32,000 nt of DNA. Source: Candidatus Electronema halotolerans. Its GTDB lineage: Bacteria; Desulfobacterota; Desulfobulbia; Desulfobulbales; Desulfobulbaceae. The notes under the pieces were generated by a model that had not been told where the DNA came from, ran no database searches, and was given only the letters and a program-made list of their open reading frames with translations. The DNA lies in NCBI GenBank assembly GCA_942493095.1, contig OW818675.1:2460001-2492000 (forward strand). Direction: 5' to 3'. Made by a program: the position numbers and the translations under genes. Shown here one piece after another: positions 15,175-23,096 of the stretch. Each line of letters starts with the position of its first letter. The first letter of the stretch is position 1.

Positions 15175-16146
15175 TCAGGCGGCAAACAGCTCCTCCAGCG
15201 AGGCGGCTGTGAAGACTTTGCTCATCCACTGCCGCAGCTGCTGGGGCGAGGCCGCCCGCACCTGCGTGCGCAGCTCCTCCGGCATCGGCCCGAATCTTTC
15301 CTCCAACAGCAGGAGCAGGCTTTCGGCCATGCCCTGCGCCAGACCTTTTTCCAAGCCCTGCGCCAAGCCCTTCTCTAAGCCTTTCTTCAAGCCTTTTTCC
15401 AAGCCTTGCGCCAGACCTTGCTCCATGCCCTTCTCCTCGGCGGAGGCGATCTTGCTCTCCACATCCATCAGGGCGCGCATCCGGGTCTCATAGACTAACC
15501 GCTCCTCCTCGTTGAACATCCTGTCCACCGCCTCCATAGCCTTGAGAATGCTGCGGTCAGCAGCCATTGTCTCAGGCATTTCGTTCCGCCGCAGCTCGTG
15601 CGCCTTGGTGAGGAAGGCGGCCCAACGGTCGAGCGGCTTGACTAAGTCGGCAAAGTCCTTCCTGAACTTGCGCAGCTCGATGTAATGCAGCTCAAAGATG
15701 TCATGCAGCCCGTCGTCCTTGCAGCTGGCCGTGTTGATGATTTTGTACAGGCTGTGAAATTCCTCATCGCCCGGCACGAAGTTGAAGTCGAGGATGCTGA
15801 TGCACACGGTCTTTTGCAGAGTTTTGTACATCTGCCCCTCGGTGAGCTGCTCTGTGACCAATTTGGCCCAGTAATAGATGGCCCGCTTGTCGAAATACAA
15901 ATCCTCGCTGATCTGCATCTCGACATTGAACCAGCGGCCCTTCCGGTCAACAGCCTTGATGTCCAAAATCGACATCTTGCCCGCCTGATAGTTGGCCAAA
16001 CTGTAGGGATTGCGCAGGGTCACGTCCGCGACCTGATCCTCCTCAGAAACCACCGCGTTGATCAGGGAGATGAGCAGATCCTTGTTCTCTTCGCTGCCGA
16101 AGAGCTTTTTAAAGGCGAAATCAACTCTGGGGTTTATCCGGCACAT
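15175..16146 (-). CDS. Rpn-family recombination-promoting nuclease / putative transposase (PD-(D/E)XK, YhgA-like) with DUF4351-like C-terminus
   Basis: MCRINPRVDFAFKKLFGSEENKDLLISLINAVV...ILDIKAVDRKGRWFNVEMQ.. carries the D..E.Q nuclease core typical of the family. The C-terminal region has reiterated EKGLAQGL-type repeats (nt about 15330-15430). I chose the ATG at 16146, with GGAGG 8 nt upstream. Confidence 0.8.
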   Translation of the reverse strand: MCRINPRVDFAFKKLFGSEENKDLLISLINAVVSEEDQVADVTLRNPYSLANYQAGKMSILDIKAVDRKGRWFNVEMQISEDLYFDKRAIYYWAKLVTEQLTEGQMYKTLQKTVCISILDFNFVPGDEEFHSLYKIINTASCKDDGLHDIFELHYIELRKFRKDFADLVKPLDRWAAFLTKAHELRRNEMPETMAADRSILKAMEAVDRMFNEEERLVYETRMRALMDVESKIASAEEKGMEQGLAQGLEKGLKKGLEKGLAQGLEKGLAQGMAESLLLLLEERFGPMPEELRTQVRAASPQQLRQWMSKVFTAASLEELFAA

Positions 16147-16357
16147 TTTTTTTGCCTCCGCTTGCTGAAGCCTGTTTTTCATGGAAAACTGCGTGCAGCA
16201 GTATAGGCGCAAAGCCGGACGGACTCAAGCGGGAAATGAACAGATGCTGACTCATGACGTGGAACTGCTCAGTGTAAGCGATCACAGGGTGCCGCTCAGA
16301 TGTCAAGACCCGGATGATTGCTCATTCCTCGGCAAAATATTGGCAGGACTTTGAAAG

Positions 16358-17093
16358 TCATGCGTTTGCCCTGCAAACAAAGCCGAGTTGATCCAGCAAT
16401 TGAACCCGCTCCGGTGAAAGCTGCCCTTTGTTTCGACGTGTTCGTTGTGAACTTACCCAGCTCCACAGGCCAGAATCTCCTTGCCAACCCGTTGCCACAT
16501 TGCAATGACCGAAACGCTCTTTAAACGCCTTCAGTTTGCCAAACCAAACATCCCACGACGAGCAAAGGCTGTCCAAACAGCGCGTTGCAACAGAAGCGCG
16601 GAGCGTGTCCAAGCTGAGACGCAGGCCGCCGATGTCCACACGGTCGCTGAATCCGCTGTCATCAAAGCCCTTGCCGCTGCCCTTCTGTTCGCCAAAATGA
16701 CGGATCAGCTCGGCCAGCACATCATCCTGTTCCTGAAGCGAGTTGAGCACATCCCAAACTTCAGTGAACTCCGAGCGGCACCAGCACATAGCCGACCGTC
16801 TTGCCATCGGCCCGGCGCATGGCGCGGCCAGCGGCTTGCACGATGTCCATCCGGCTACATCTCGGTGAAAGAAAGGCAACCATATCAACAGCAGGAACGT
16901 CCATGCCTTCAGTCAGACAGCGGGCGTTGGACATGACAGCGCGGGATGCGGCCCGGAAGTCGCGCATTTCCCGCTCGCGTCGAGCGGTTGCCATCTTGCC
17001 GCTGACATGAAAGGTCTCAAAGTTCGGCAAATGAGTGCGGATGCCCTCGCTGCCCTTGGCGACAAAGGACGCGGCAGAGCCAATCGTTTTATA
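16358..17093 (-). pseudogene. Decayed SF2 (DEAD/DEAH/Res-type) helicase gene: 5'-truncated and frameshifted, retaining the helicase C-terminal lobe and a helicase-associated (HA) domain
   Basis: Frame A (17093-16761) reads ..FHVSGKMATARREREMRDFRAASRAVMSNARCLTEGMDVPAVDMVAFLSPRCSRMDIVQAAGRAMR.., covering motifs V and VI. Frame B (about 16790-16358) reads ..WDVWFGKLKAFKERFGHCNVATGWQGDSGLWSWVSSQRTRRNKGQLSPERVQLLDQLGFV.., the HA-domain pattern. No ATPase/DEXH N-terminal lobe is present, and a stop lies immediately upstream at about 17094. Confidence 0.75.
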
Positions 17094-17176
17094 TCAGGCG
17101 ACTTGTGAGAACATGGTGGCAAAGCTGCTATTCTGCTCCCTATAATCCTGTTCAAGTCAAGCAGCAACTGGAGGCG

Positions 17177-17211
17177 AAGCCCTGAGTCCTAATGATTCAG
17201 GGCTTTTTATT
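17177..17211 (+). terminator. Hairpin with T-tract (rho-independent terminator-like), plus-strand polarity
   Basis: AAGCCCTGA (17177-17185), an 11-nt loop, TCAGGGCTT (17197-17205), then TTTTATT. It lies between the helicase remnant and the dnaN stop. No intact plus-strand gene lies upstream, so it may be a relic or may act bidirectionally. Confidence 0.4.
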
Positions 17212-17307
17212 CCGCTGCAACCTTTGTTCAGTCCTTTCTGTTCTTGATCGGACTGACATCTCCGCCTGTCACCCGGTGTTCTTTGCCGGAATTATTTTGA
17301 TGCAGCA

Positions 17308-18453
17308 TCAGGCAGCGGCAGGGCTGCTCAGTTTCATGGGCATGACGATGCCAAGAAAGCCGGGGTCTGCTGCCGAGCTGATCAGGCAGGGGCTTTCATC
17401 TGAATTGACTGCCGCAGAAATGGCATCGCCTTCCAGCACTTGCAGAGCCTCGATGAAGTAGCGGCAGTTGAAGCCCATACAGAGGTCATGGCCGCTGTAG
17501 GTGATCTCAATCTCATCCCGCGCTGAACCGAAGTCCGCATTCTCCGAGGTCAGAATCAGACGGTCGCCTTGGGCCTCAAAGCGGATGGCATGAAAGATGT
17601 CTTCGGTGAAGAGATTGATCCGCTTGAGCGACTCCAAGAAGAGCATTTTGTTGATGAACATGCTGTTGTCATGCGGCAGCGAGCGGAGAATGTTCTCAAA
17701 ATCCGGGAAATCACCCTCCATCAGCCGGATGACCAGAACCGCATTTTCGCTTTCCAGCACCAGCTTTTTCTGATCAACCCCTATCCGGCAGTTGTCCAAT
17801 TCCTCACAGAACTTGCGCATCTGCTGCACACCCCGGCGGGGAATGAGGATGCTCTGGCCAAAGTCCAGTCCGGCCAAGCCTGCCGCCTCCCGGTTCATGA
17901 TGCTCAGGCGGTGGCCGTCCGAAGTGACCATGCGCAGCACGGTCTTGCCGTCCTCGTCCCGCTTTTGCAGCAGGGCGGCGGTCAGATTGTACATGTTCTC
18001 CCGATCTGCCGCGATGGAGAACATGGTCTTGTCGATCAGCTCGCAGACCACCTCAGCCTCGATCTCAGCCAAGGCCTCCTCGTTGTAATATTCAAACTGG
18101 GGAAACTCCTCGCTCATCATCCCGGCCAGCCGATAGGTGCTGCTGCCTGCGGTGATCCGCACCCAGTTTTTGTCCTCCTCCTTGAAGTTGATCGTCTCAG
18201 AACTGGATTCACGGGCCAGTTCAAAGAGCTTTTTGGCAGGCATGGTTAGCGAACCCTCTTCAAAGACCTCAGCCGACACGGTCTGGCGCAGGCTGACTTC
18301 CAAGTCCGTGCCCGTGAAGACCGCCTCGCTGCTGCGGACTTCCAAGAGGACGTTGGAGAGAATGGCCAGCGTGCCCTTCTTGCTGGCAATGTTCTGCTGG
18401 GCACTGACCGCGCTCAAAAGGTCTTTCCGGGCGATGTTGAAATGGAACGGCAT
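17308..18453 (-). CDS. dnaN: DNA polymerase III beta sliding clamp
   Basis: The 381-aa product MPFHFNIARKDLLSAVSAQQNIASKKGTLAILSNVLLEV..TGTDLEVSL.. shows the canonical DnaN N-terminus and length. Confidence 0.93.
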   Translation of the reverse strand: MPFHFNIARKDLLSAVSAQQNIASKKGTLAILSNVLLEVRSSEAVFTGTDLEVSLRQTVSAEVFEEGSLTMPAKKLFELARESSSETINFKEEDKNWVRITAGSSTYRLAGMMSEEFPQFEYYNEEALAEIEAEVVCELIDKTMFSIAADRENMYNLTAALLQKRDEDGKTVLRMVTSDGHRLSIMNREAAGLAGLDFGQSILIPRRGVQQMRKFCEELDNCRIGVDQKKLVLESENAVLVIRLMEGDFPDFENILRSLPHDNSMFINKMLFLESLKRINLFTEDIFHAIRFEAQGDRLILTSENADFGSARDEIEITYSGHDLCMGFNCRYFIEALQVLEGDAISAAVNSDESPCLISSAADPGFLGIVMPMKLSSPAAA

Positions 18454-18793
18454 AATAATAAGGTCCTTTATATAAAGGTTGTTGTTGTTGGGGCTGTTGA
18501 AATTGTTGAAAACTAACCTAACTGTTTGATTTCAAACAACTCAGCCTGTTGATAACTTGTTAGTAACTTGTTGAAAACGGACGGTCTGCCCAAAGTTATC
18601 AACAGGCGACAACGAAGTTATCAACAGGTTACTAACAAGTTATTAACAAGTTTTCAACACCCCCTGCGCGGGGCCAACTATACCAATTTGCGGGGCTGGT
18701 GACGAACTTTTTCCGTGCCCCAGGGCGCGGCACTGTTGCAATTTTTCGGCAATTCGGTTAAGTCAATCAACCAACATCAACCGCGCCCTGTCC
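18454..18793. other. Probable chromosomal replication origin (oriC) between dnaN and the radical-SAM gene
   Basis: The region holds a DnaA-box cluster (next feature) and an A/T-rich segment at 18454-18477 (ATAATAAGGTCCTTTATATAAAG). (GTT)4 at 18478-18489 is followed by GGGGC and two abutting boxes. Gene orientation switches from minus to plus across this region. Confidence 0.7.
18495..18659. promoter_or_regulatory. Cluster of at least 10 DnaA-box-like 9-mers (TTATCAACA type, one mismatch from TTATCCACA)
   Basis: Reverse orientation: 18495 TGTTGAAAT, 18504 TGTTGAAAA, 18547 TGTTGATAA, 18558 TGTTAGTAA, 18569 TGTTGAAAA. Forward orientation: 18596 TTATCAACA, 18618 TTATCAACA, 18629 TTACTAACA, 18640 TTATTAACA, 18651 TTTTCAACA. 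The 18547-18577 and 18618-18659 sets are each spaced exactly 11 bp apart and face each other. Confidence 0.75.
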
Positions 18794-20443
18794 ATGCTCC
18801 ATCTGATCAGTCTCAACTGCCGCTACACCCATTCCTGTCTGGCTCAGTTCTGCGTCCGGGCTGTCCTGCAAGGCCGCTTGCCGGAGATGCGGCTGCGTTT
18901 CAGCCAGCTCACCATCAATGATCCCTATTATCCGACCCTGCTGCGGATCAGCGGGCCAGAGGCGCAGGCTGTGCTTTTTTCCGTCTATGTCTGGAATCAT
19001 GCCTATATCAGCCGCCTGATCAACGATCTTGCCCGCCTGCGGCCAGCTCTGCCAGTCATCCTTGGCGGCCCGCAAGCTGAGGCGATGGAGAATCTGCCGC
19101 CCAACTGCACGGTCTTTGTTGGGGAAATCGAAGGAGCTGGTGATGACTTTTTCCACGACTTGCAGGCCGGAACCCTCAAGCCTGTTTATAACGCACAACC
19201 GAGCCGCAGCTTTCCTTCGCCCTATCAGCCGGAAGATTTCACCAGCTATCTGCAAAACCGGCAGGTTTATTACGAGTCCTCACGCGGCTGCCCCTTTTCC
19301 TGCTCATATTGCCTGTCTTCCATCTCCAAGGGCGTGCGCCATAAGCCGTTGGAGGTGGTCAAGGAGGAGCTGCGCCGCCTGATTGCGGCCAAGCCGCTGA
19401 TCATCAAGCTGATTGACCGCACCTTCAACGACAGCCCGGAACGCGCCTTGGCAATCTGGCGATTCCTGCTCGAAGAGGCCGATGGAGTCCGCTTTCATTT
19501 TGAAATTGCCCCAGACCGCTTCACCGAAGCGATGTTTGCTCTGCTGGCGCAAACGCCCTGCGGCCTGTTTCAGTTTGAGATCGGCATTCAGAGCTGCAAC
19601 GAGCAGACTTTGGCCGCAGTCAGGCGGCGCATGGATGCGGCACAAGCTGAGGCGAACATCCGCCGCCTTGTCGCCTTGGACACCATTCATATTCACGCTG
19701 ACCTGATTCTTGGCCTGCCTTTTGAGACTGCGGCAAGTTTTTTTGACTCCTTCAACCGGGTTTTTCGCAGCAGGCCGCATCATATTCAGCTCGGCCTGCT
19801 CAAAGTGCTGCCCGGCACCGAAATGCGGCAGCGGGCTGATGAATTCGGCCTGATCTTTTGCAGCGAGCCGCCTTATGAGGTGCTGGCCACCCGCTGGCTG
19901 CCGCATGAGGAGCTGCGCGAGCTGCATGAATTCTGCGAATGCGTGGAGTCCTTTGTCAACAACCGCTTTTACCCTTCGCTCTGGCAGCATCTCCGGCAGT
20001 GCGGCGAGGAGCCGTCCGCCTTTTTCCACAGCCTGCTTGCCATCTGTCGGCAGCATGACTTTTTTCGTCTGGCGCACACCCAGGCCTTCATGAGCAAGCT
20101 CTTGGCCGAGCTGGCCCGGCAGCGCAAGGACAGCACTCTCCTGCTTGATCTGCTCCGTTATGACTGGCTGCGCAGCGGCCATCGCGCCCTGCCGGACGAG
20201 CTGACAGAAATTTCTCAGCCAGAGCTGCGCGACCGCCTGCGCCGAACTCTGCCGCAGGACATGGCAGGGCTGTTTTCCAGCCGCACCCGGACAGCGTTTC
20301 TCAAGCAATCCGTTTTTCTGGAACTGTCGGCTCAGGCAATGGCGGTGCTGGGGCTGGGAAAGGAAGCTGACCTGCTGGCTGTGCTGCCGGAGCAAGGCAG
20401 CGGTGTGCTGCCGTTCAACAAGACAGCACTCTTGCCGCTCTGA
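18794..20443 (+). CDS. B12-binding-domain radical SAM protein with DUF4080-like C-terminus
   Basis: MLHLISLNCRYTHSCLAQF.. is the cobalamin-binding-like N-terminus, and ..YYESSRGCPFSCSYCLSS.. is the CxxxCxxC radical SAM motif. A long helical C-terminal domain follows. Confidence 0.8.
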   Translation: MLHLISLNCRYTHSCLAQFCVRAVLQGRLPEMRLRFSQLTINDPYYPTLLRISGPEAQAVLFSVYVWNHAYISRLINDLARLRPALPVILGGPQAEAMENLPPNCTVFVGEIEGAGDDFFHDLQAGTLKPVYNAQPSRSFPSPYQPEDFTSYLQNRQVYYESSRGCPFSCSYCLSSISKGVRHKPLEVVKEELRRLIAAKPLIIKLIDRTFNDSPERALAIWRFLLEEADGVRFHFEIAPDRFTEAMFALLAQTPCGLFQFEIGIQSCNEQTLAAVRRRMDAAQAEANIRRLVALDTIHIHADLILGLPFETAASFFDSFNRVFRSRPHHIQLGLLKVLPGTEMRQRADEFGLIFCSEPPYEVLATRWLPHEELRELHEFCECVESFVNNRFYPSLWQHLRQCGEEPSAFFHSLLAICRQHDFFRLAHTQAFMSKLLAELARQRKDSTLLLDLLRYDWLRSGHRALPDELTEISQPELRDRLRRTLPQDMAGLFSSRTRTAFLKQSVFLELSAQAMAVLGLGKEADLLAVLPEQGSGVLPFNKTALLPL

Positions 20444-20477
20444 TGAACGTCTTCTTGAAGCTGCGGCCACAAATTTC

Positions 20478-20506
20478 TTGACAGCCATGCGCTGCCGGTT
20501 TAGGAT
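20478..20506 (+). promoter_or_regulatory. Sigma70-like promoter upstream of the 5-formyl-THF cyclo-ligase gene
   Basis: TTGACA (20478-20483), a 17-nt spacer, TAGGAT (20501-20506), followed by a T-run. Confidence 0.35.
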
Positions 20507-20640
20507 GAATTTTTTTTATGGTTATCTCAAACAGTTGAGCAGCTATGAGCACTATGGGATCAATTCAAAGGCGGCATGAAGTCATGACGCTGCCTGTCTG
20601 CTTCGAGGAAAATCACATTGTTCTGTACAGGAAAGACGGC

Positions 20641-21264
20641 ATGACACGGGCTGTAAGCAAGAGCGCGCTGCTCCGCAAAGAGCGGCTGGCGGCCCGCGAC
20701 CAGCTTGACCCAATCAGCCGCTGCGAGATGAGCTGGCGCATCCACCGCCTGCTGCTTGACTGCCCGGCAGCAGCAGCGGCAGAGCATTTTTTTCTCTACG
20801 TCCACTTCCGCAGCGAGGTCGAGACCCTGTCCCTGCTGACCAAGCTGCTTGCAGCCGGCAGGACCGTGTCTGTGCCGCTCACCCTGCGGCGGGAGGGTAG
20901 GCTTCTGGCTGTGCGAATCACTGACCCGGCCAGCCAACTCAGGCCGGGCTGCTTCGGCATTCTTGAACCAAGTCAGCAGCAGACGGCGCAGGCCATGATC
21001 AATCCGGGAGAAATTGACATCGCCTTGGTGCCGGGATCAGTCTTTGACCGGCGGGGCGGCAGACTTGGCTACGGCGGCGGCTTCTACGACCGCTTCCTCA
21101 GTCAGGACGCGCCGCAGGCCCTACGCGTCGGCTTGGCCTTTGCCATGCAGCTAACCGACCGGGTGCCGCTGAAGCCGCATGATCAGCTTATGGACATGCT
21201 TGTCACCGAAGAACAGCTTTATGAATGCCGGAGGAACCGCCATGCGCAGGACAGCCATTTATAG
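20641..21264 (+). CDS. 5-formyltetrahydrofolate cyclo-ligase (MTHFS family)
   Basis: ..KSALLRKERLAARDQL..FLYVHFRSEVETLSLL..GRTVSVPL..FGILEP..IDIALVPGSVFDRRGGRLGYGGGFYDRFL.. matches the family. I chose the internal ATG at 20641 (AGGAAAG upstream). The track start at 20545 adds 32 residues that do not fit the family. Confidence 0.85.
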   Translation: MTRAVSKSALLRKERLAARDQLDPISRCEMSWRIHRLLLDCPAAAAAEHFFLYVHFRSEVETLSLLTKLLAAGRTVSVPLTLRREGRLLAVRITDPASQLRPGCFGILEPSQQQTAQAMINPGEIDIALVPGSVFDRRGGRLGYGGGFYDRFLSQDAPQALRVGLAFAMQLTDRVPLKPHDQLMDMLVTEEQLYECRRNRHAQDSHL

Positions 21265-22306
21265 AGACAACCTTTTTCTGGAACATCAGCCCGGCTGGGG
21301 CCACCCGGAATCACCGGAACGGCTGCGGGCGGTTTATGACGCGCTGGACAGGGAGGAGATTGGCAGCCGCTTCATTTATCCGCAGTTCAGCCCGGTCTCA
21401 GCGGATATCCTCCAGTTCAATCATTCTGCCGCCTTAGTCCGGCGGGTGGCGGCCACTCAAGGCTTGCCGCACGACGCGCTTGATCCTGATACCCGCACCT
21501 CAGCCCGCTCGCACGAGGCGGCCTGCCTTGCGGTCGGCGCGCTGACCGACGGCATTGACCGCATTTTTCGGGGCGAGCTGGACAATGCCTTCTGCTTAGT
21601 CAGGCCGCCGGGCCATCATGCGGAGCGGAGCCAGTCAATGGGCTTCTGTCTCTACAACAACGTGGCTGTGGCCGCGAGCTGGGCCTTGCGCGAGCTGGGC
21701 TTGGAGCGGATCATGATTGTGGATTGGGACCTGCACCACGGCAATGGCACGCAGGAGAGCTTTTACGACACCGACAAGGTCCTCTATCTGTCCATGCACC
21801 AGTATCCCTATTATCCAGGCACCGGAGCAGTGCTGGAGCATGGCGCTGGCATGGGCCAAGGCATGTCGGTCAATGTGCCGCTGCCCGGTGGGCAGGGTGA
21901 CATGGAGTACGCCCGGATCATCAACGAGCTGGCTGTGCCGCTGGCGCGGGCCTATCAGCCGGACGTGATTCTGGTCTCCTGCGGCTTTGACATCTGCGCG
22001 AACGATCCGCTCGGGGCCATGCAAGTGACAACGGCGGGCATTGCTTGGATGACCAGAGCCTTGGTCAAGGTGGCGGAAGAGGTTTGCAATGGCAGACTGC
22101 TGGTGACACTGGAGGGCGGCTATGATCTGACTGCCATGCGCAACGGCTCCTTAGCCGTGCTGGCCGAACTGAGCGGAGAAAAGATCATCTGTCCGTGGCC
22201 GGTCAATCTCTCAGCGGAACAGGCTGAACAGTTTGCCCAAGCCAAAGCCCCATGTCCCTTCTTGGAACAGACCCTCCAGGTCTGCCGGAACTTCTGGAGC
22301 GTATGA
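21242..22306 (+). CDS. Histone deacetylase-family protein (acetoin-utilisation / acetylpolyamine amidohydrolase-like)
   Basis: MRRTAIYRDNLFLEHQPGWGHPESPERL..VRPPGHHAE..DWDLHHGNGTQ..LEGGYD. I chose the ATG at 21242, with GGAGGA upstream. It overlaps the preceding gene by 23 nt. Confidence 0.88.
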   Translation: MRRTAIYRDNLFLEHQPGWGHPESPERLRAVYDALDREEIGSRFIYPQFSPVSADILQFNHSAALVRRVAATQGLPHDALDPDTRTSARSHEAACLAVGALTDGIDRIFRGELDNAFCLVRPPGHHAERSQSMGFCLYNNVAVAASWALRELGLERIMIVDWDLHHGNGTQESFYDTDKVLYLSMHQYPYYPGTGAVLEHGAGMGQGMSVNVPLPGGQGDMEYARIINELAVPLARAYQPDVILVSCGFDICANDPLGAMQVTTAGIAWMTRALVKVAEEVCNGRLLVTLEGGYDLTAMRNGSLAVLAELSGEKIICPWPVNLSAEQAEQFAQAKAPCPFLEQTLQVCRNFWSV

Positions 22307-22954
22307 CGGCTCCTTGGCCTCTATGGCGACAAACTCGCGCTCCGGCAGGAGCAGGGCGGTCAGTTTGCCGCCATAGACTGCGCCAGTGTCAATGCCGATC
22401 TTGTTGCGCTGCACCAGCGGCTTTCTGAAAATGGTGTGACCAAAGACGACTAACTTGTCAAAGCGATGCTGGCTGCGGATGAACTCGTCCCTGATCCAGA
22501 GGCAGCAGCCCGCGACTTGGCGGCTGAGATGCACGCCCGGCTCCAGGCCGGCATGAACATAGATGCCGTAGGGGTCTTCCCAGTGCAGGGGCAGATTCTC
22601 AAAGAAGTCCTTATGCTCTGGCGGGAGCAGCTTGGCCACCTCTTCCGGCGCGTTGTCCGGGCTGATGCCGTAGCTGGCCAAGGTCTCCTGTCCGCCTGCA
22701 TTGAGAAAGACCGAGGCATCATAGCCGTTGAGATAATCAAGCAGCATCCGTTCATGATTACCCATCAGGGCGATGGTCCGGGGATGGGTTGTGCGGAAGT
22801 CCAAGATGCGGTCAACCACGCCTTTGGAGTCTGGGCCTCGGTCAATGTAATCGCCGAGAAAGATGAACGAGTCGGCCCGCTGCTCAACCAAGGTCAGGAG
22901 TTCAGTCAGGGTCTCGCAGCAGCCGTGAATGTCGCCGATGATGCAGGTGCTCAT
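22211..22954 (-). CDS. PPP-family metallophosphoesterase (Ser/Thr phosphatase / ApaH-PrpA-like)
   Basis: MSTCIIGDIHGCCETL..FLGDYIDRGPDS..LMGNHE.. are the canonical GDxHG, GDxxDRG and GNHE motifs. Confidence 0.88.
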   Translation of the reverse strand: MSTCIIGDIHGCCETLTELLTLVEQRADSFIFLGDYIDRGPDSKGVVDRILDFRTTHPRTIALMGNHERMLLDYLNGYDASVFLNAGGQETLASYGISPDNAPEEVAKLLPPEHKDFFENLPLHWEDPYGIYVHAGLEPGVHLSRQVAGCCLWIRDEFIRSQHRFDKLVVFGHTIFRKPLVQRNKIGIDTGAVYGGKLTALLLPEREFVAIEAKEPSYAPEVPADLEGLFQEGTWGFGLGKLFSLFR

Positions 22955-23096
22955 ACGCTTCGTTGGTGCGGAAAAGTAATTTTCTGATCAGCTTACCGCA
23001 GATGTCTGTTTTCCGCAAGCGCGCCGCCATGATCACTGATACGATGAAAAAAACAATCCGCTGCTGCGGCAGCTTCCCTTTTTCAAGGAGACAGCA

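Noticed and set aside
15175-16146. Calling the Rpn-family gene a bona fide IS/transposon
   Set aside because: I could not find terminal inverted repeats or target-site duplications flanking it. Rpn/YhgA-like genes are often domesticated chromosomal nucleases, so I annotated it as a CDS only.
19304-20488. 394-aa minus-strand ORF
   Set aside because: It is an antisense shadow of the radical-SAM/DUF4080 gene. It has no motifs and a biased Q/A/R/L composition.
22966-23019. 9-bp inverted repeat TGCGGAAAA...TTTTCCGCA in the phosphatase/usp divergent promoter region, considered as an FNR/CRP-type site
   Set aside because: The 36-nt spacing is too wide for a single dimer site, and there is no match to TTGAT-N4-ATCAA. 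The evidence is insufficient to call it a regulatory site.
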